A stretch of DNA of 64,000 nucleotides from Nitrospirales bacterium (GCA_012270585.1 JAAXIB010000020.1:13187-77186), one strand, 5' to 3'. Shown: positions 8,056 through 18,734, numbered from the stretch's first letter. Numbers and translations: made by a program. The notes: generated by a model from the sequence alone, not told the origin.

Positions 8056-10353
8056 TCATTCTGTTGTGTTTTCCATGCTGCTGAGGGCTTCCGCAGGGGG
8101 CTCCAGCGGTAACAAGACGCGCATCTCGGTGTAGTGTCCCTCTTCGGTGTCGACCTGGATGGAGCCACCGTGACGAACCAGAATGTCTCTGGTCAGGGAC
8201 AGCCCCAGACCAGTGCCCTTCCCCGGTTCCTTGGTCGTCACAAAAGGCTCAAAAATCTTGTGGCGCATGTCCTCCGGGATACCGGTTCCATTGTCCCGGA
8301 TCGAGAACTCCACGTGATCCTTCACCTTCCGGCTGGAGATCGACAGTTCCGGTGCGTAGTCGCCATCGGTCTTTTTCTGTTTTTCGTTCAGCGCCTGAAA
8401 CGCGTTGGTGGCGAGATTGAGGAACACGCGACAGATATCCTGTGGGATGACCACAATCTCTTCGAGGTTCGGGTCCAGATCTTTCTTCATCTCCGCGTTG
8501 AAGGAGTTATCTTCGGCGCGCAGCGCGTGATAGGACAGGTTCACGTACTGTTTCAACAGGGCGTTCAGATTCGTCTTGCGCCACTCCCCTTCTTTGCTGC
8601 GGGAATGTTCCAGCATGCTGCGCACGATGTTGTCGGCTCGCTTACCGTGTTCTTTGATTTTACCGAGGCTCGTCCGCAGTTCTTCCAGAATCGACTTGAT
8701 CTCCTCAAGGTCGAGGTCCTGTTGTTCTTTCATCAGTTCCTCGATCTCATCCGCGAGTTCAATCGAGACGTTGGCAAAATTACTGACGAAGTTGAGAGGA
8801 TTCTTGATTTCGTGTGCCACCCCGGCGGTGAGCTGACCCAAAGACGCGAGTTTCTGCTCGGCAACGACCTGATCCTGGGCCTCCTTCAGATTATTCAGTG
8901 CCTGTTCAAGATTCTCATTTTTGGCGTCCAGCTCTTTGGCCAATTTTTCCACAAGATTCAGACGCTGGACCTCACGGGCGTAACGCCGGAACACCTCCAG
9001 TGCCCTGGTCATGTCGGTGACCTCATCATTCCAGATGAAATACCATATGTTCCGCGTCAAGTAATTGGCAGACCCCTTCATCGGTTTGGCGATATCATAC
9101 CCCTCGACTTGGACGGGGACCTCCAGGTCGCCACTGGCCATCTCGCGCATCGCACTGGCCAAGCCCGTCAGGCGGCGTACCAGGTAGCGCCTCACAAACA
9201 GGGAGCCTAACACAAAAGCGCCTACGGTACCGAAAAGGTTGAGGAGGATCAGAAAAAGGATTCCCGTCTTCACGGCGGCGCGGGAAGCCGTGCTGGACTG
9301 AATGGCCTCCTCGTTGATGTACGCGACCAGATTGTTGACTTCCGACACCAGTGATTCCGAGGTGGTTCGCGCCCTTGCCAAGTCGTCCTGCTCCTGTTCC
9401 AGCCTGAACAGGGCCTCCTGGCGCAGTTTAATGACTCCTTCCTGGCCTTCCCCGATTTCGTCCAGACGCATCAGGTTTTCTTGAAGAAGGTCATTCTGCA
9501 TGGAATCCGGCAGCTTCGCATAGGCGTGTATGAAATTCCGGACGGCACTCTGGAAGCGTTCCTCCAAGGGGGTGAGAAACTGGCGATCAGCCAGAACCAG
9601 GACCTCATCCAACAGCAACACGGCAAGATTGGCGGACTGGTTCACGGTAATCAGATTACGATAGGCGGTCAGTTCGTCTTCCGAAGCCCGCTTATTGGTG
9701 GGGTGAACCTTGTCATCAAACTTCCGTAAGCCTGATACCAGGTAAAAGGCCTGATCATCAATGGCTTGGACCAGCAATCGTTCCACGCGCCTGGTGGTTT
9801 CACCGAGTTCGTCAATGAAGACGTGGAGGGCCCGGTCAATTTCCAGGCGCCGGGCGGAGGATTGCTTGATCCCGTCCAGATGTTCGCCAAGTTCCTCCAG
9901 GTTTGACCTGATCAACCGGGTTTGTTCGCCGAAAGCGGAGCGGGCTTCCAGTTCCAGGATGGTGCTTTCGAGTGAGGTTATTTCCCGAGCTATTTCTTCC
10001 ACCACGGCCGTGTGCTCCTCCTTCGAGGAGGCCGACACCAGACGAAAGGCGCCGTTGACCACGATGGCACTTTTCCGGGCCACGTCCACCGAGCTGATCA
10101 GGTTGGGCATGCTGTATTCTGCCAGCCGGATTTCGTGCTTCAATGTTTCGTTGAAGGTGAAGTAAGCCAGCAACGTGGCACCGCCCATAAGGACAACGGA
10201 ACCAAAGAGCAGGAAATACAGCCTTACGCCGACTCCTATCCGGAAATTTTGCTCGGTTTCCGGCTCTTCAATGGCGACAGGGTTCACCTGCCTCCCGGAT
10301 GCGCTGGATTCGGTCAGGTCTTGGGGGGATTCTGTGGGAGGGGATTCGTTCAT
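8056..10353 (-). CDS. membrane sensor histidine kinase (large periplasmic domain, HAMP, HisKA, HATPase)
   Basis: 765 aa with two TM segments. H-box ...[18 protein letters not shown]..., N/G boxes ...[10 protein letters not shown]..., ...DNGTGIP..., ...GTGLGLSL.... Confidence 0.85.
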   Translation of the reverse strand: MNESPPTESPQDLTESSASGRQVNPVAIEEPETEQNFRIGVGVRLYFLLFGSVVLMGGATLLAYFTFNETLKHEIRLAEYSMPNLISSVDVARKSAIVVNGAFRLVSASSKEEHTAVVEEIAREITSLESTILELEARSAFGEQTRLIRSNLEELGEHLDGIKQSSARRLEIDRALHVFIDELGETTRRVERLLVQAIDDQAFYLVSGLRKFDDKVHPTNKRASEDELTAYRNLITVNQSANLAVLLLDEVLVLADRQFLTPLEERFQSAVRNFIHAYAKLPDSMQNDLLQENLMRLDEIGEGQEGVIKLRQEALFRLEQEQDDLARARTTSESLVSEVNNLVAYINEEAIQSSTASRAAVKTGILFLILLNLFGTVGAFVLGSLFVRRYLVRRLTGLASAMREMASGDLEVPVQVEGYDIAKPMKGSANYLTRNIWYFIWNDEVTDMTRALEVFRRYAREVQRLNLVEKLAKELDAKNENLEQALNNLKEAQDQVVAEQKLASLGQLTAGVAHEIKNPLNFVSNFANVSIELADEIEELMKEQQDLDLEEIKSILEELRTSLGKIKEHGKRADNIVRSMLEHSRSKEGEWRKTNLNALLKQYVNLSYHALRAEDNSFNAEMKKDLDPNLEEIVVIPQDICRVFLNLATNAFQALNEKQKKTDGDYAPELSISSRKVKDHVEFSIRDNGTGIPEDMRHKIFEPFVTTKEPGKGTGLGLSLTRDILVRHGGSIQVDTEEGHYTEMRVLLPLEPPAEALSSMENTTE

Positions 10354-11507
10354 GGCGCCGACATCTTTTCTACCGACTGGAATCGTCCCCTTTTGTTGAT
10401 GCGGGTCAGGTATACCCGATCCGAACCCTGATTGTCATTCACGTCGTAGCGTAGATGAAATCCGCCCAGATTAATGTCTCCGGCCTGAATCAGGGCCTGG
10501 AGAAAGTCCTCTCTGGTAGGAGCGGGTTCCGCCAGCCGCAGACCTTCTATGGCGATGCGGCCTGCGAGGTAGCCTTCCAACGACACGAAGCTCGGTTTGC
10601 TGTTGCCGTCAATTTCCTTTAATGCCTTCTGGTATCGCGCGACGATCGGCAGGGAGGTATCCCGAGGAAAAGGCACAACCTGCGTCACGTACACGCCGGT
10701 TCCGTCTGACCCCAACGCTTTCGCCAGAGCGGCGCTGCCGATGAAGGAAATGTTGATGAAATACGGATTGAAGTTGAGTCGTCTCGCCCACCGGATCATG
10801 GTCGCTGCGGGCTTGTAGGCACCCACGATGACGACGGCCTCGGCGTTGGCCCGGCGCAAATCCAGCAGGGCGATTTTGACGGCCTCGGTGTTGCGGGTAT
10901 AGTACACCTCTTCAATCAGGCTCAGGCCATGGCGATTGACCGCGCGGCGCAACCCGTTCAGCCCGGCCTGCCCGAAGGAGTCGTTCTGGTAGAAAATGCT
11001 GATCCGGTCTATGCCCAGATCTTCGTGGAGTCGGACCACCATTTCCTCGGTTTCCTGGTAGTAGGAAGCCCGTACGTTCACCACGTTGGGATGCTTCTCT
11101 GCGTCCCGCAGAAATTCGGCGCCCGTGAACGGGGCAATATACGGAACGCCCGCCTCCGTGGCGACGGGTTGGGCCGATTTCGACGTTGGAGTGCCCACGG
11201 CACCGATCAGGGCAAAGACCTTGTGATCCTCGATCAAGGTGCGGGTATTGGCAATCGCGGCTTCCGGTTCGTATCTGTCGTCCAGCGATTTGAGGCGTAG
11301 CTGGTAATCGTGTACGCCACCTTCGCGATTGACCTCGGAAAACGCCGCGAGGAGTCCGAGGCGCATGCCGATGCCCAGTTCGCGGGCCGGGCCGGTGAGT
11401 GCCGCGGACTGACCGAACACAATCGTCTGTTGATCGGACTCCGCGCGGGCCGGTGCCCACGGTGTCGCCACAACCACCAACAGAAGCAGGATCATCCCTA
11501 TCGTCAT
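10350..11507 (-). CDS. periplasmic substrate-binding protein (Leu/Ile/Val-binding, Peripla_BP_6-like)
   Basis: Signal peptide MTIGMILLLLVVVATPWAPARA, then ...IVFGQSAALTGPARELG.... I chose the ATG at 11507 because the longer ORF would overlap the upstream gene. The stop overlaps the kinase start by 4 nt. Confidence 0.75.
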   Translation of the reverse strand: MTIGMILLLLVVVATPWAPARAESDQQTIVFGQSAALTGPARELGIGMRLGLLAAFSEVNREGGVHDYQLRLKSLDDRYEPEAAIANTRTLIEDHKVFALIGAVGTPTSKSAQPVATEAGVPYIAPFTGAEFLRDAEKHPNVVNVRASYYQETEEMVVRLHEDLGIDRISIFYQNDSFGQAGLNGLRRAVNRHGLSLIEEVYYTRNTEAVKIALLDLRRANAEAVVIVGAYKPAATMIRWARRLNFNPYFINISFIGSAALAKALGSDGTGVYVTQVVPFPRDTSLPIVARYQKALKEIDGNSKPSFVSLEGYLAGRIAIEGLRLAEPAPTREDFLQALIQAGDINLGGFHLRYDVNDNQGSDRVYLTRINKRGRFQSVEKMSAP

Positions 11508-11520
11508 AGGCAGAACAGGG

Positions 11521-12696
11521 TTATGAGGGAACCGCTGCCAGAAAACGTACCGCCATGCAGGTGATGTCGTCCGATTGCACGGCGTCTCCGACAAATTCCT
11601 GCACGGCGTCCACGACGTCCGTGATCACCCGTTCAGAACTCGCACCGGCAAGGTCGGCCAGCCTCTCGTCGAGTCGCGACTCCATGAACTCGGCGCTCTT
11701 GCTGTCTTCCGCTTCCGTGATCCCGTCGGTGTACAGGAACAGGGTGTCACCCGGCGCAAGCTGGATCTGGTTGTTGCGATACGTGTGGCCCGGTTGGACC
11801 CCCAGTACGATATTGCCGGTTTTCGGCACCACCTCGACCCGGGAATCGGTTCTCAGCGCTCTGGGCGGATTGTGCCCGGCGTTGGAATAGCTCAACTCGC
11901 CGGTCCGCAGGTCAAGCACCCCGAAAAACAGCGTGATGAAGATGCACGACGGGTTGCTCTCGCAGAGCAGGTCATTGACCATGGTCAGGCAATCGCTCGG
12001 CGTGGTGTAGTCCTTCGATGCGACCGCGCGCAGGAGCGCACGGGTCACGGTCGTGAACAAGGCCGCAGGCACCCCTTTGCCGGACACGTCCGCAATGACC
12101 AGTCCGAGACGTGATTCGTCAATGAAAAAGAAATCGTACAGGTCCCCGCCGACTTCACGGGCCGGGATGATCACCGCCTTGACGTCGTGATGCTCATTGG
12201 CCGGCAACGCCTCCGGCTGAAACGACATCTGGACGTCCCGGGCCATATCCAATTCCTGTTTGAGGGCAACCAGCCGATCACGGGTTTCCAAGGCCGCTTG
12301 CATGGCTTGAATGTGCTTGAGACCTTTTTCGATGGTGGCTTCGAGATCGTTGAAATCAATCGGTTTGGTCAGAAAGTCGAATGCCCCGCGGTTCATGGCG
12401 GTGCGAATGTTCTTCATGTCCCCGTAGGCGGAGACGATCACTGCCTGTATGTCCTGTTCCGCGTCGGCAAGCTGGCTCAGCAGGGTGAGACCATCCATCA
12501 CCGGCATGTTGATATCGGAGAGGACCAGGTAGATCTCAGGGTTTTCCTTGAGTACCTCAATGGCCTCTTTGCCATTGTGGGCAAACAGGAACTTGAGATT
12601 CCCCTCGCGGATCCGGCGGCGGAATTTCTGACGGATCAGTAACTCGAGATCTTCTTCGTCGTCGACGACCAGCACCTGAGTCGGTGATTTTCCCAT
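11521..12696 (-). CDS. response-regulator receiver fused to PP2C/SpoIIE phosphatase (RsbU-like)
   Basis: REC domain (VLVVDDEED...LSDINMPVMDG...K), then PP2C motifs (...GGDLYDFF..., ...ADVSGKG..., ...LYTDGITEA..., ...QSDDIT...). Confidence 0.85.
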   Translation of the reverse strand: MGKSPTQVLVVDDEEDLELLIRQKFRRRIREGNLKFLFAHNGKEAIEVLKENPEIYLVLSDINMPVMDGLTLLSQLADAEQDIQAVIVSAYGDMKNIRTAMNRGAFDFLTKPIDFNDLEATIEKGLKHIQAMQAALETRDRLVALKQELDMARDVQMSFQPEALPANEHHDVKAVIIPAREVGGDLYDFFFIDESRLGLVIADVSGKGVPAALFTTVTRALLRAVASKDYTTPSDCLTMVNDLLCESNPSCIFITLFFGVLDLRTGELSYSNAGHNPPRALRTDSRVEVVPKTGNIVLGVQPGHTYRNNQIQLAPGDTLFLYTDGITEAEDSKSAEFMESRLDERLADLAGASSERVITDVVDAVQEFVGDAVQSDDITCMAVRFLAAVPS

Positions 12697-12764
12697 CTCT
12701 TGAATGTCCGGTCAGTGCGCTCGAGGTGTATGCCTTGATCGACCGTTCATGAACAAACGGTTGT

Positions 12765-13115
12765 TCACAGCGCCCCGAGCGCATCGGCCCGGGTGGCGCG
12801 AATGTCCAGAATCTCATTGAACCCGCTGATTTCGAAAATTTCAGCGATGTGATCGGCAAGAGCGCAGAACAGGGCCTTGCCGTCTTCTTTCTGCGTCAGA
12901 CGAGCAGCGATCAGCAGCGCGCGCAAGCCGGCACTGCTGATATAACTCAGATCCTTAAAATCAAAGATCAGAGTCTTATGCCCGGCATTGATCTGTTCCT
13001 GTACGGCACTCTCCAGAATTCCCACACTGGAACCATCCACTCGCCCGATCACGATAAGGATCGTGGCCTTGTCACTATGCTCGGCTTCCACGGATAGCTT
13101 ATATCGTTCTTCCAT
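12765..13115 (-). CDS. STAS-domain anti-sigma-factor antagonist (RsbV/SpoIIAA-like)
   Basis: 116 aa; ...LIFDFKDLSYISSAGLRALL... contains the conserved phosphorylatable Ser context. Confidence 0.85.
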   Translation of the reverse strand: MEERYKLSVEAEHSDKATILIVIGRVDGSSVGILESAVQEQINAGHKTLIFDFKDLSYISSAGLRALLIAARLTQKEDGKALFCALADHIAEIFEISGFNEILDIRATRADALGAL

Positions 13116-13534
13116 AACTTTTCCTCCAATTCGGCCTTACTTGAAAGTCTTTATAAAGTAACACCTGTAGTTCTTCAAGTTCTTCAATCAGTATTGCTTC
13201 AAACACCACCCATGCACAACCTTCCATGAAGTGTTTTCGTTAATTCAAGAAAGAATATCATTCCCTCCATCTTGCTTCAATAGCCATCTCTATACTGCAC
13301 AATATTAGGGTTTCTACATAAATCTCAATCGGTAGAGATGCTGATAGCACTCCATTGGAGTCGGTAGGCCAATGGCATCATGGGGGTTATGGCAGGGTTG
13401 AAGTTGGGCTTGGCTGGTGGCGTGACGGGGGTTGTCTTTTACCATTTGGAATTGGCATGTTGATTCAGCGCAACCCCAAATACCATGCCAAGGCTATACG
13501 AACACGAACGATATGTGTATGATTTGGTTCTATC

Positions 13535-13963
13535 ATGACTGAAATGAAACGGACTTCCCTTACGCCGGACTTGTCCTCGATTACGGAACTGGAGCAGACT
13601 CTTAAAGAGTTCGCCAGTGACCACGAGTTGGATATGGGATTACAGAATCGCCTGAATCTGATGCTCGAAGAACTGATCACCAATAGTGTGAACTACTCCC
13701 TGCAAACGGTGTCCGGACCGGAACTGGAGTTATGGCTGTCTCTGGAAGAAACGTTTGTCGTGGCTCGGCTTGAAGATAACGGACCCGCGTTCAACCCGTT
13801 CAGCGAAGCACCCGAAGCGGATACGACCTCATCCCTGGCGGATCGGCCCATTGGGGGGCTGGGCATCTATCTCACGAAAAAGTTTGCGGATGAATACGCT
13901 TACGAGCGGGTTGGCGAGCGCAACCGGGTGACCTTGCGGTGCAAAATCGGAACCCCCTCGTAA
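13535..13963 (+). CDS. anti-sigma regulatory factor / Ser-Thr kinase (RsbW-like, HATPase_c_2)
   Basis: 142 aa; N-box ...LEELITNSVNY..., ...LEDNGPAFNP..., G-box ...GGLGIYL.... Divergent from the STAS gene across an AT-rich 420-nt spacer. Confidence 0.75.
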   Translation: MTEMKRTSLTPDLSSITELEQTLKEFASDHELDMGLQNRLNLMLEELITNSVNYSLQTVSGPELELWLSLEETFVVARLEDNGPAFNPFSEAPEADTTSSLADRPIGGLGIYLTKKFADEYAYERVGERNRVTLRCKIGTPS

Positions 13964-14075
13964 GCTATCTGTGCGGACCGACTGAATCGCGTCTCAATGG
14001 GTACAAGGCCACTGAGACAACCTTCCGGTGTCAGGCCTGTTCTGCCTCGCAAACGTCTTGTAGCCCGGGGATGAT

Positions 14076-15836
14076 TCACGTCCGGCCGTTCGGAATCGGC
14101 CCTGAAGCTGCTACGCGGACGGTCACGATGTCCGTGTCATGGTATTGCTGGTGGCGAACCGAGGACGTAAGGTGCCGTAGCAGCCGCAGTGAAACTTCCT
14201 GCTCGCACAGAGTTTCGTCGATCCGTGGCCCAAGCAGGGCGATTCGATCCTGAAGATTTTCTTCACCGGTAGAGGCGATAAACTCAAGGACCGCCTCGCC
14301 GTCTTCCTTGTAGGCAACCAAAAGCAAGCGTCGTTTGCGTCCTTCTCCGGCCTCGTCCCGTCGTATGAGCGTCAGTAGCGTCTCCTCGCCGGCGGCGTCT
14401 AGCCGGTTCGCCGTTTCCGCAGCCCAACCGCTTTTGGACGCGAATCCGAGGAGAAACTCCCTGATCTGCGGCAGGGCCGAGACCTTGAACTCCACTTCCA
14501 GCCGGCGGCGGGGTTTTGTCAGATCCGTGAAGAGGGTCATGAGGATGGCCGCAAACCCGCCAGCCGTCATACCGTTCTGCAGAAGACCCCCGGCGAATTC
14601 CGATACAGATTCGGGGAAGATCATGCCGTTTTGGAAGCCGACCCCCACCCAGAAGGCGACGCCACAGACAAGACCCTTGCGATAGTCAATCCCGTCCTGG
14701 ACGACCAGGTTCATGCCGATGACGAACAGCATCGCCAGAAAGACGGCGAGGTAGGCTGCGACGACTGGGCCCGGTATCGCCAGGACCACGGCGAGCGCCT
14801 TGGGAAGGAATGCCAGCACGATGAGTACGGCCCCCAAGGCGATGCCGACGCTTCGGGCGCCGACTCCGGTGAGTTCGGTCACCGAGACGGTCGTGGAGTA
14901 GGTGGTGTTCGGCACCGTTCCGGAGAGGCCGGCCAGCAGCTTGGCGATTCCGGCAGCGGCCACCGCGCCCTGCACCGCCCGGAAATCCACCGCACGAGGC
15001 TGGCGCCAGGACACGTGCTGAATGGCGATCGACGCACTGATTGTTTGCATGGTGTCGATCAGGGCCACGAGCACAAATGCCGGAAGCAGGGTCCAGAAAA
15101 CCGGCGCGAAATCGAGGTCAAAGCCCGGCCATGCGCCCTTCGGAAGACCGCTCCACGACGCCTCGGCGACGCGGTCCATGTCGTAGAGGCCGAATAACCC
15201 GGCGACCACCGAACCGGCAACGACACCGGTAACCAGCGCCCAGAGGCGCCAAGTCCCCGTTCCCTTCAGGACGCTGCCGGCGATGACGAGTATGGTCGCA
15301 AGAGCGCTCAGTGGAGCGGCCACAGCCGGCACCTCATCCGGCACGTCCTTCAGCATGTCGAAGACGTGCGACATCACCGTGACCGGTATCAGCATGATAA
15401 CTGTTCCCGTAACGGTCGGCGTCAGGATTCGCCGGAGCAGCCAGAGCCGTGTGGAAAGCGCAAGCGGAACGAGCGAGGAGACGACAACCAGGGTGGCAAG
15501 CATCGCCGGTCCTCCCTGGGCAAGCGCTGTGATACTGATCGCAATGGAAGCTCCGGAGATGCTCATCAAGAGCACGTAGCCCGAACCGATCTGGCCGAAC
15601 CGAACCGCCTGCAGTACCGTGGTTGCGCCGCAGACCGCGACCGCGGCAAACACCGCCCATGACAGGTAGGATTCAGACTCCCCGGCGGCCCGGATGATGA
15701 TGGCCGGCACCAATACCGTGGCGGCGACACTGAGAATGGCAAGTTGCAGGCCCAGCCCGAAGGCGAGTGCCATCGGTGGTTTTTCGTCGGGTTGGTAGCG
15801 GACGCCTGTGCGACGGTCGGAATAGTTGGACTTCAT
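14076..15836 (-). CDS. NCS2 (xanthine/uracil/vitamin C)-type permease with a ~140-aa cytoplasmic C-terminal domain
   Basis: About 440 aa of multi-TM sequence with Gly/Ala-rich helices typical of NCS2/SLC23. The soluble tail (…LEVEFKVSALPQIREF…AAGEETLLTLIRR…RLLLVAYKEDGEAVLEFIAS…) has an RsbW-like layout. Confidence 0.65.
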   Translation of the reverse strand: MKSNYSDRRTGVRYQPDEKPPMALAFGLGLQLAILSVAATVLVPAIIIRAAGESESYLSWAVFAAVAVCGATTVLQAVRFGQIGSGYVLLMSISGASIAISITALAQGGPAMLATLVVVSSLVPLALSTRLWLLRRILTPTVTGTVIMLIPVTVMSHVFDMLKDVPDEVPAVAAPLSALATILVIAGSVLKGTGTWRLWALVTGVVAGSVVAGLFGLYDMDRVAEASWSGLPKGAWPGFDLDFAPVFWTLLPAFVLVALIDTMQTISASIAIQHVSWRQPRAVDFRAVQGAVAAAGIAKLLAGLSGTVPNTTYSTTVSVTELTGVGARSVGIALGAVLIVLAFLPKALAVVLAIPGPVVAAYLAVFLAMLFVIGMNLVVQDGIDYRKGLVCGVAFWVGVGFQNGMIFPESVSEFAGGLLQNGMTAGGFAAILMTLFTDLTKPRRRLEVEFKVSALPQIREFLLGFASKSGWAAETANRLDAAGEETLLTLIRRDEAGEGRKRRLLLVAYKEDGEAVLEFIASTGEENLQDRIALLGPRIDETLCEQEVSLRLLRHLTSSVRHQQYHDTDIVTVRVAASGPIPNGRT

Positions 15837-16049
15837 GCCGTCACCTGGATTTTCCAGAGAGAAAGGCGGGACCCGGGCAAGAAGACATAGGCGGACATGT
15901 CATGGGGTAACGACGATCCATTGTTACCTCTCTGTCCAAGTGTGTCAATGACGATGTCGTCCCCGCCCTCACTCATCTCCGGATGGATGGACTCCAGTGA
16001 ATTCTCTACACGGTGCTTGGTTGCGTCCCTCATATGGAAGCACAAAATT

Positions 16050-16078
16050 TTGAGGTTAAGCGGAAGGTCTGCTATACT
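16050..16078 (+). promoter_or_regulatory. candidate sigma70-type promoter for the mre operon
   Basis: TTGAGG (16050-16055), 17 nt, TATACT (16073-16078), about 180 nt upstream of mreB. The leader contains a GCGAACA/TGTTCGC hairpin. Confidence 0.3.
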
Positions 16079-16258
16079 AGGTTCCTTATAGTGTAGGTAA
16101 TTCCCGTGTAGGGGTTGATCGGAGAGCGAACACGCCTTGTTCGCCCTTCTCTTCGAACGTCCGTCTCTCCGAAAAGCCGTATTCCTTTTATTGCGGATGT
16201 GAGTTCTCGTCTTTCACGAATTTAGGCCTGAGGCTTCATCTCCGTTAGTGAAAAGATT

Positions 16259-17302
16259 ATGGGATTGATCAGTCAATTTTTGAGCCTCTTCTCAAGTGAT
16301 ATGGCCATTGACCTGGGGACGGCCTATACCTTGGTCTATGTCCAGGGGAAAGGCATTGTGTTGAATGAGCCATCCGTCGTGGCTGTTAAACAGCACACGA
16401 GTAAAATTTTAGCCGTGGGGAGTGAAGCCAAACGAATGGTCGGACGGACTCCAGGAAACATTTCCGCCATTCGTCCGATGAAAGAAGGGGTCATCGCGGA
16501 CTTTGAAATGGCCGAGCGTATGCTTCGCTATTTTATTACCAAGGTTCACAATCGTACGGCGTTTGTCCGGCCTCGGATCATCATTGGCGTTCCTTCAGGC
16601 ATCACGCAAGTTGAACAGCGAGCCGTGAAGGAATCAGCGGAGTTAGCTGGTGCTCGCGAAGTCTATTTGATAGAAGAACCCGTAGCGGCGGCCATTGGAG
16701 CGGGGCTGCCCATCACCGAACCATCTGGAAACATGGTGGTCGATGTGGGAGGGGGCACGACCGATATTGCCGTCATTTCATTGGGAGGCATTGTCTACAG
16801 TGAATCCGTGAAAGTGGCTGGTGACCAAATTGACTCGGCTATTATGAATCACGTGAAGCGTGAACATAATTTATTGATCGGCGAACATATGGCTGAGCGA
16901 GTGAAAATGGGCATTGGCTCCGCCTATCCGTTGGAAGAGAAGGCCCAAATGATGGTCAAAGGACGTGATTTGATTTCCGGTATTCCCCGGACCATTGCGC
17001 TGGAAGACGCTGAAATCCGGGAAGCCCTGCAAGAGTGCCTTGCGGCCATTGTGTCGGCAATCAAGTTGGCTTTGGAACATACCCCCCCTGAATTGGCGGG
17101 AGATATCGTTGATCGAGGGATCGTGTTGACGGGGGGCGGGGCTTTGCTACAGGGGTTGGATGCCCGGTTGCGAGAGGAAACCGGCCTTCCTATTGTCAAC
17201 GTCGATGATCCACTCACTTCTGTCGTTTTAGGAGTAGGGAAAACGCTCGAAGAGCTCGCCCTCCTGCGGAGTGTCTCCTCTATGTCAACGGCCAGTTCGT
17301 AA
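16259..17302 (+). CDS. mreB: rod-shape actin homologue MreB
   Basis: 347 aa; ...[11 protein letters not shown]...NEPSVVA..., ...[18 protein letters not shown].... Confidence 0.95.
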   Translation: MGLISQFLSLFSSDMAIDLGTAYTLVYVQGKGIVLNEPSVVAVKQHTSKILAVGSEAKRMVGRTPGNISAIRPMKEGVIADFEMAERMLRYFITKVHNRTAFVRPRIIIGVPSGITQVEQRAVKESAELAGAREVYLIEEPVAAAIGAGLPITEPSGNMVVDVGGGTTDIAVISLGGIVYSESVKVAGDQIDSAIMNHVKREHNLLIGEHMAERVKMGIGSAYPLEEKAQMMVKGRDLISGIPRTIALEDAEIREALQECLAAIVSAIKLALEHTPPELAGDIVDRGIVLTGGGALLQGLDARLREETGLPIVNVDDPLTSVVLGVGKTLEELALLRSVSSMSTASS

Positions 17303-17316
17303 AGGAACAACTTCTT

Positions 17317-18219
17317 ATGAGTGGCCGGTTTCAGCCTGGGGTGTTTTGGGGTTCCGGCGTGAAGCGGGTCAGCGTGGCCGTCTTGGCTGTCGCCTTTGTC
17401 GTGTTCGCCCTCCTGCCTCGGCAATCTCAATTCCTCCTCCACACGATAGGCCAACCCTTTGCCGACCTCGTTGCCATTCCTCTTGAGGGCATGGCCGCCC
17501 TTGATCGGAACATGCGTGAATGGTGGATGCAGTATATTGCCCTCCAGGGTCTTTCCGAACAAAACCGTGAGCTTCGGGAAAAAGTCCAGCAACTGACGGG
17601 CGATGTGAATCGATTGCGAGCACAGGCGTTGACTGCGGAACGGTTAGCCGCGCTGTTGAAATTTCAGAAGGACGAGTCGATCCGGACAGTGGCCGCAAGG
17701 GTCATTGGGCGAAGTCTGTCGAACTGGTATCAAGGTGTGATTCTGAATAAAGGAGAAGATGATGGCGTTCGGGAACAAATGGGAGTCATCACACCGGCCG
17801 GAGTCGTGGGGCGAATTGTCAGAACCTCAGGGGCTACGAGCATTGCCTTGTTGACGATCGATCCGAATGTGGCCATCGTGGGAATGGTTCAACGAACGCG
17901 AGAGGAAGGGATGGTTCAGGGAACGTCGCAAGGGCTTGTGCGCATGAAATATCTCCCCCCGCTTTCCTCGGTCAAAAAAGGTGACGCCGTAGTCACCTCA
18001 GGGTTGACGGGCGGGTTTCCGCGGGGGGTGTTGATTGGGGAAGTCTCCCGTGTTGAAGAAAGTGCAGACAATTTGTTCCAAGTCGCCGAAATCGTGCCGG
18101 CGGTGCAATTTCGACACTTGGACGAAGTGCTGATCGTCGTTTCTCCTCGGTCACCGGAAGCCATGATTCCCCTTGATCAAGCGTTGGTTTCCCCGGGGCT
18201 CCAGAATCCAACTCCATGA
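17317..18219 (+). CDS. mreC: rod-shape protein MreC
   Basis: 300 aa. N-terminal TM, coiled coil (…LRAQALTAERLAALL…), beta-rich C-terminus, position after mreB. Confidence 0.85.
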   Translation: MSGRFQPGVFWGSGVKRVSVAVLAVAFVVFALLPRQSQFLLHTIGQPFADLVAIPLEGMAALDRNMREWWMQYIALQGLSEQNRELREKVQQLTGDVNRLRAQALTAERLAALLKFQKDESIRTVAARVIGRSLSNWYQGVILNKGEDDGVREQMGVITPAGVVGRIVRTSGATSIALLTIDPNVAIVGMVQRTREEGMVQGTSQGLVRMKYLPPLSSVKKGDAVVTSGLTGGFPRGVLIGEVSRVEESADNLFQVAEIVPAVQFRHLDEVLIVVSPRSPEAMIPLDQALVSPGLQNPTP

Positions 18220-18704
18220 AGATCAGTGTGTATACGGTTTTTATTCTGGTCCTTTTTTCCTTTCAGGCCGCCTTGTTGTATTCTCTGAATCCTTTTGGGA
18301 TTCAGCCGGATCTCTGTCTCATCATCACCTGTTTGGTAGGATTTCGGGTGGGACAGGTTCCTGGAGTGCTCGTGGGGTTTCCCCTGGGGTTTATCCAGGA
18401 TTTATTTTCTGCCGGTCCGTTTGGGCTGAATACGGTCACAAAAGCCGGAGTGGGGTTCCTGGCTGGCGTCTTCGCCAAAAATTTGGCCAATAGGGCACCC
18501 CAAGCCGCCTTTTTGCCGGTCATGGCGTGTTCCGTTCTTTCGGCGATCGTGTTTTTACTGTTGTCTCGTATGGGAATGGGTCTGGGAGAAATGCTCTATG
18601 GGTTTTCCTCTATCTTGCTTCCTCAAGCGCTATTGGATGGGGTTGTGGCGATCGTGGCCAATTGGGTCCTTGTGCGGTGGCTGCTCGAAGCGCCAAGTGC
18701 CTGA
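18216..18704 (+). CDS. mreD: rod-shape protein MreD
   Basis: 162-aa polytopic membrane protein, 4-nt overlap with mreC, conserved gene order. Confidence 0.75.
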   Translation: MKISVYTVFILVLFSFQAALLYSLNPFGIQPDLCLIITCLVGFRVGQVPGVLVGFPLGFIQDLFSAGPFGLNTVTKAGVGFLAGVFAKNLANRAPQAAFLPVMACSVLSAIVFLLLSRMGMGLGEMLYGFSSILLPQALLDGVVAIVANWVLVRWLLEAPSA

Positions 18705-18734
18705 AGAACGTCCTGAGTTGTCTCAACGTGAGGT

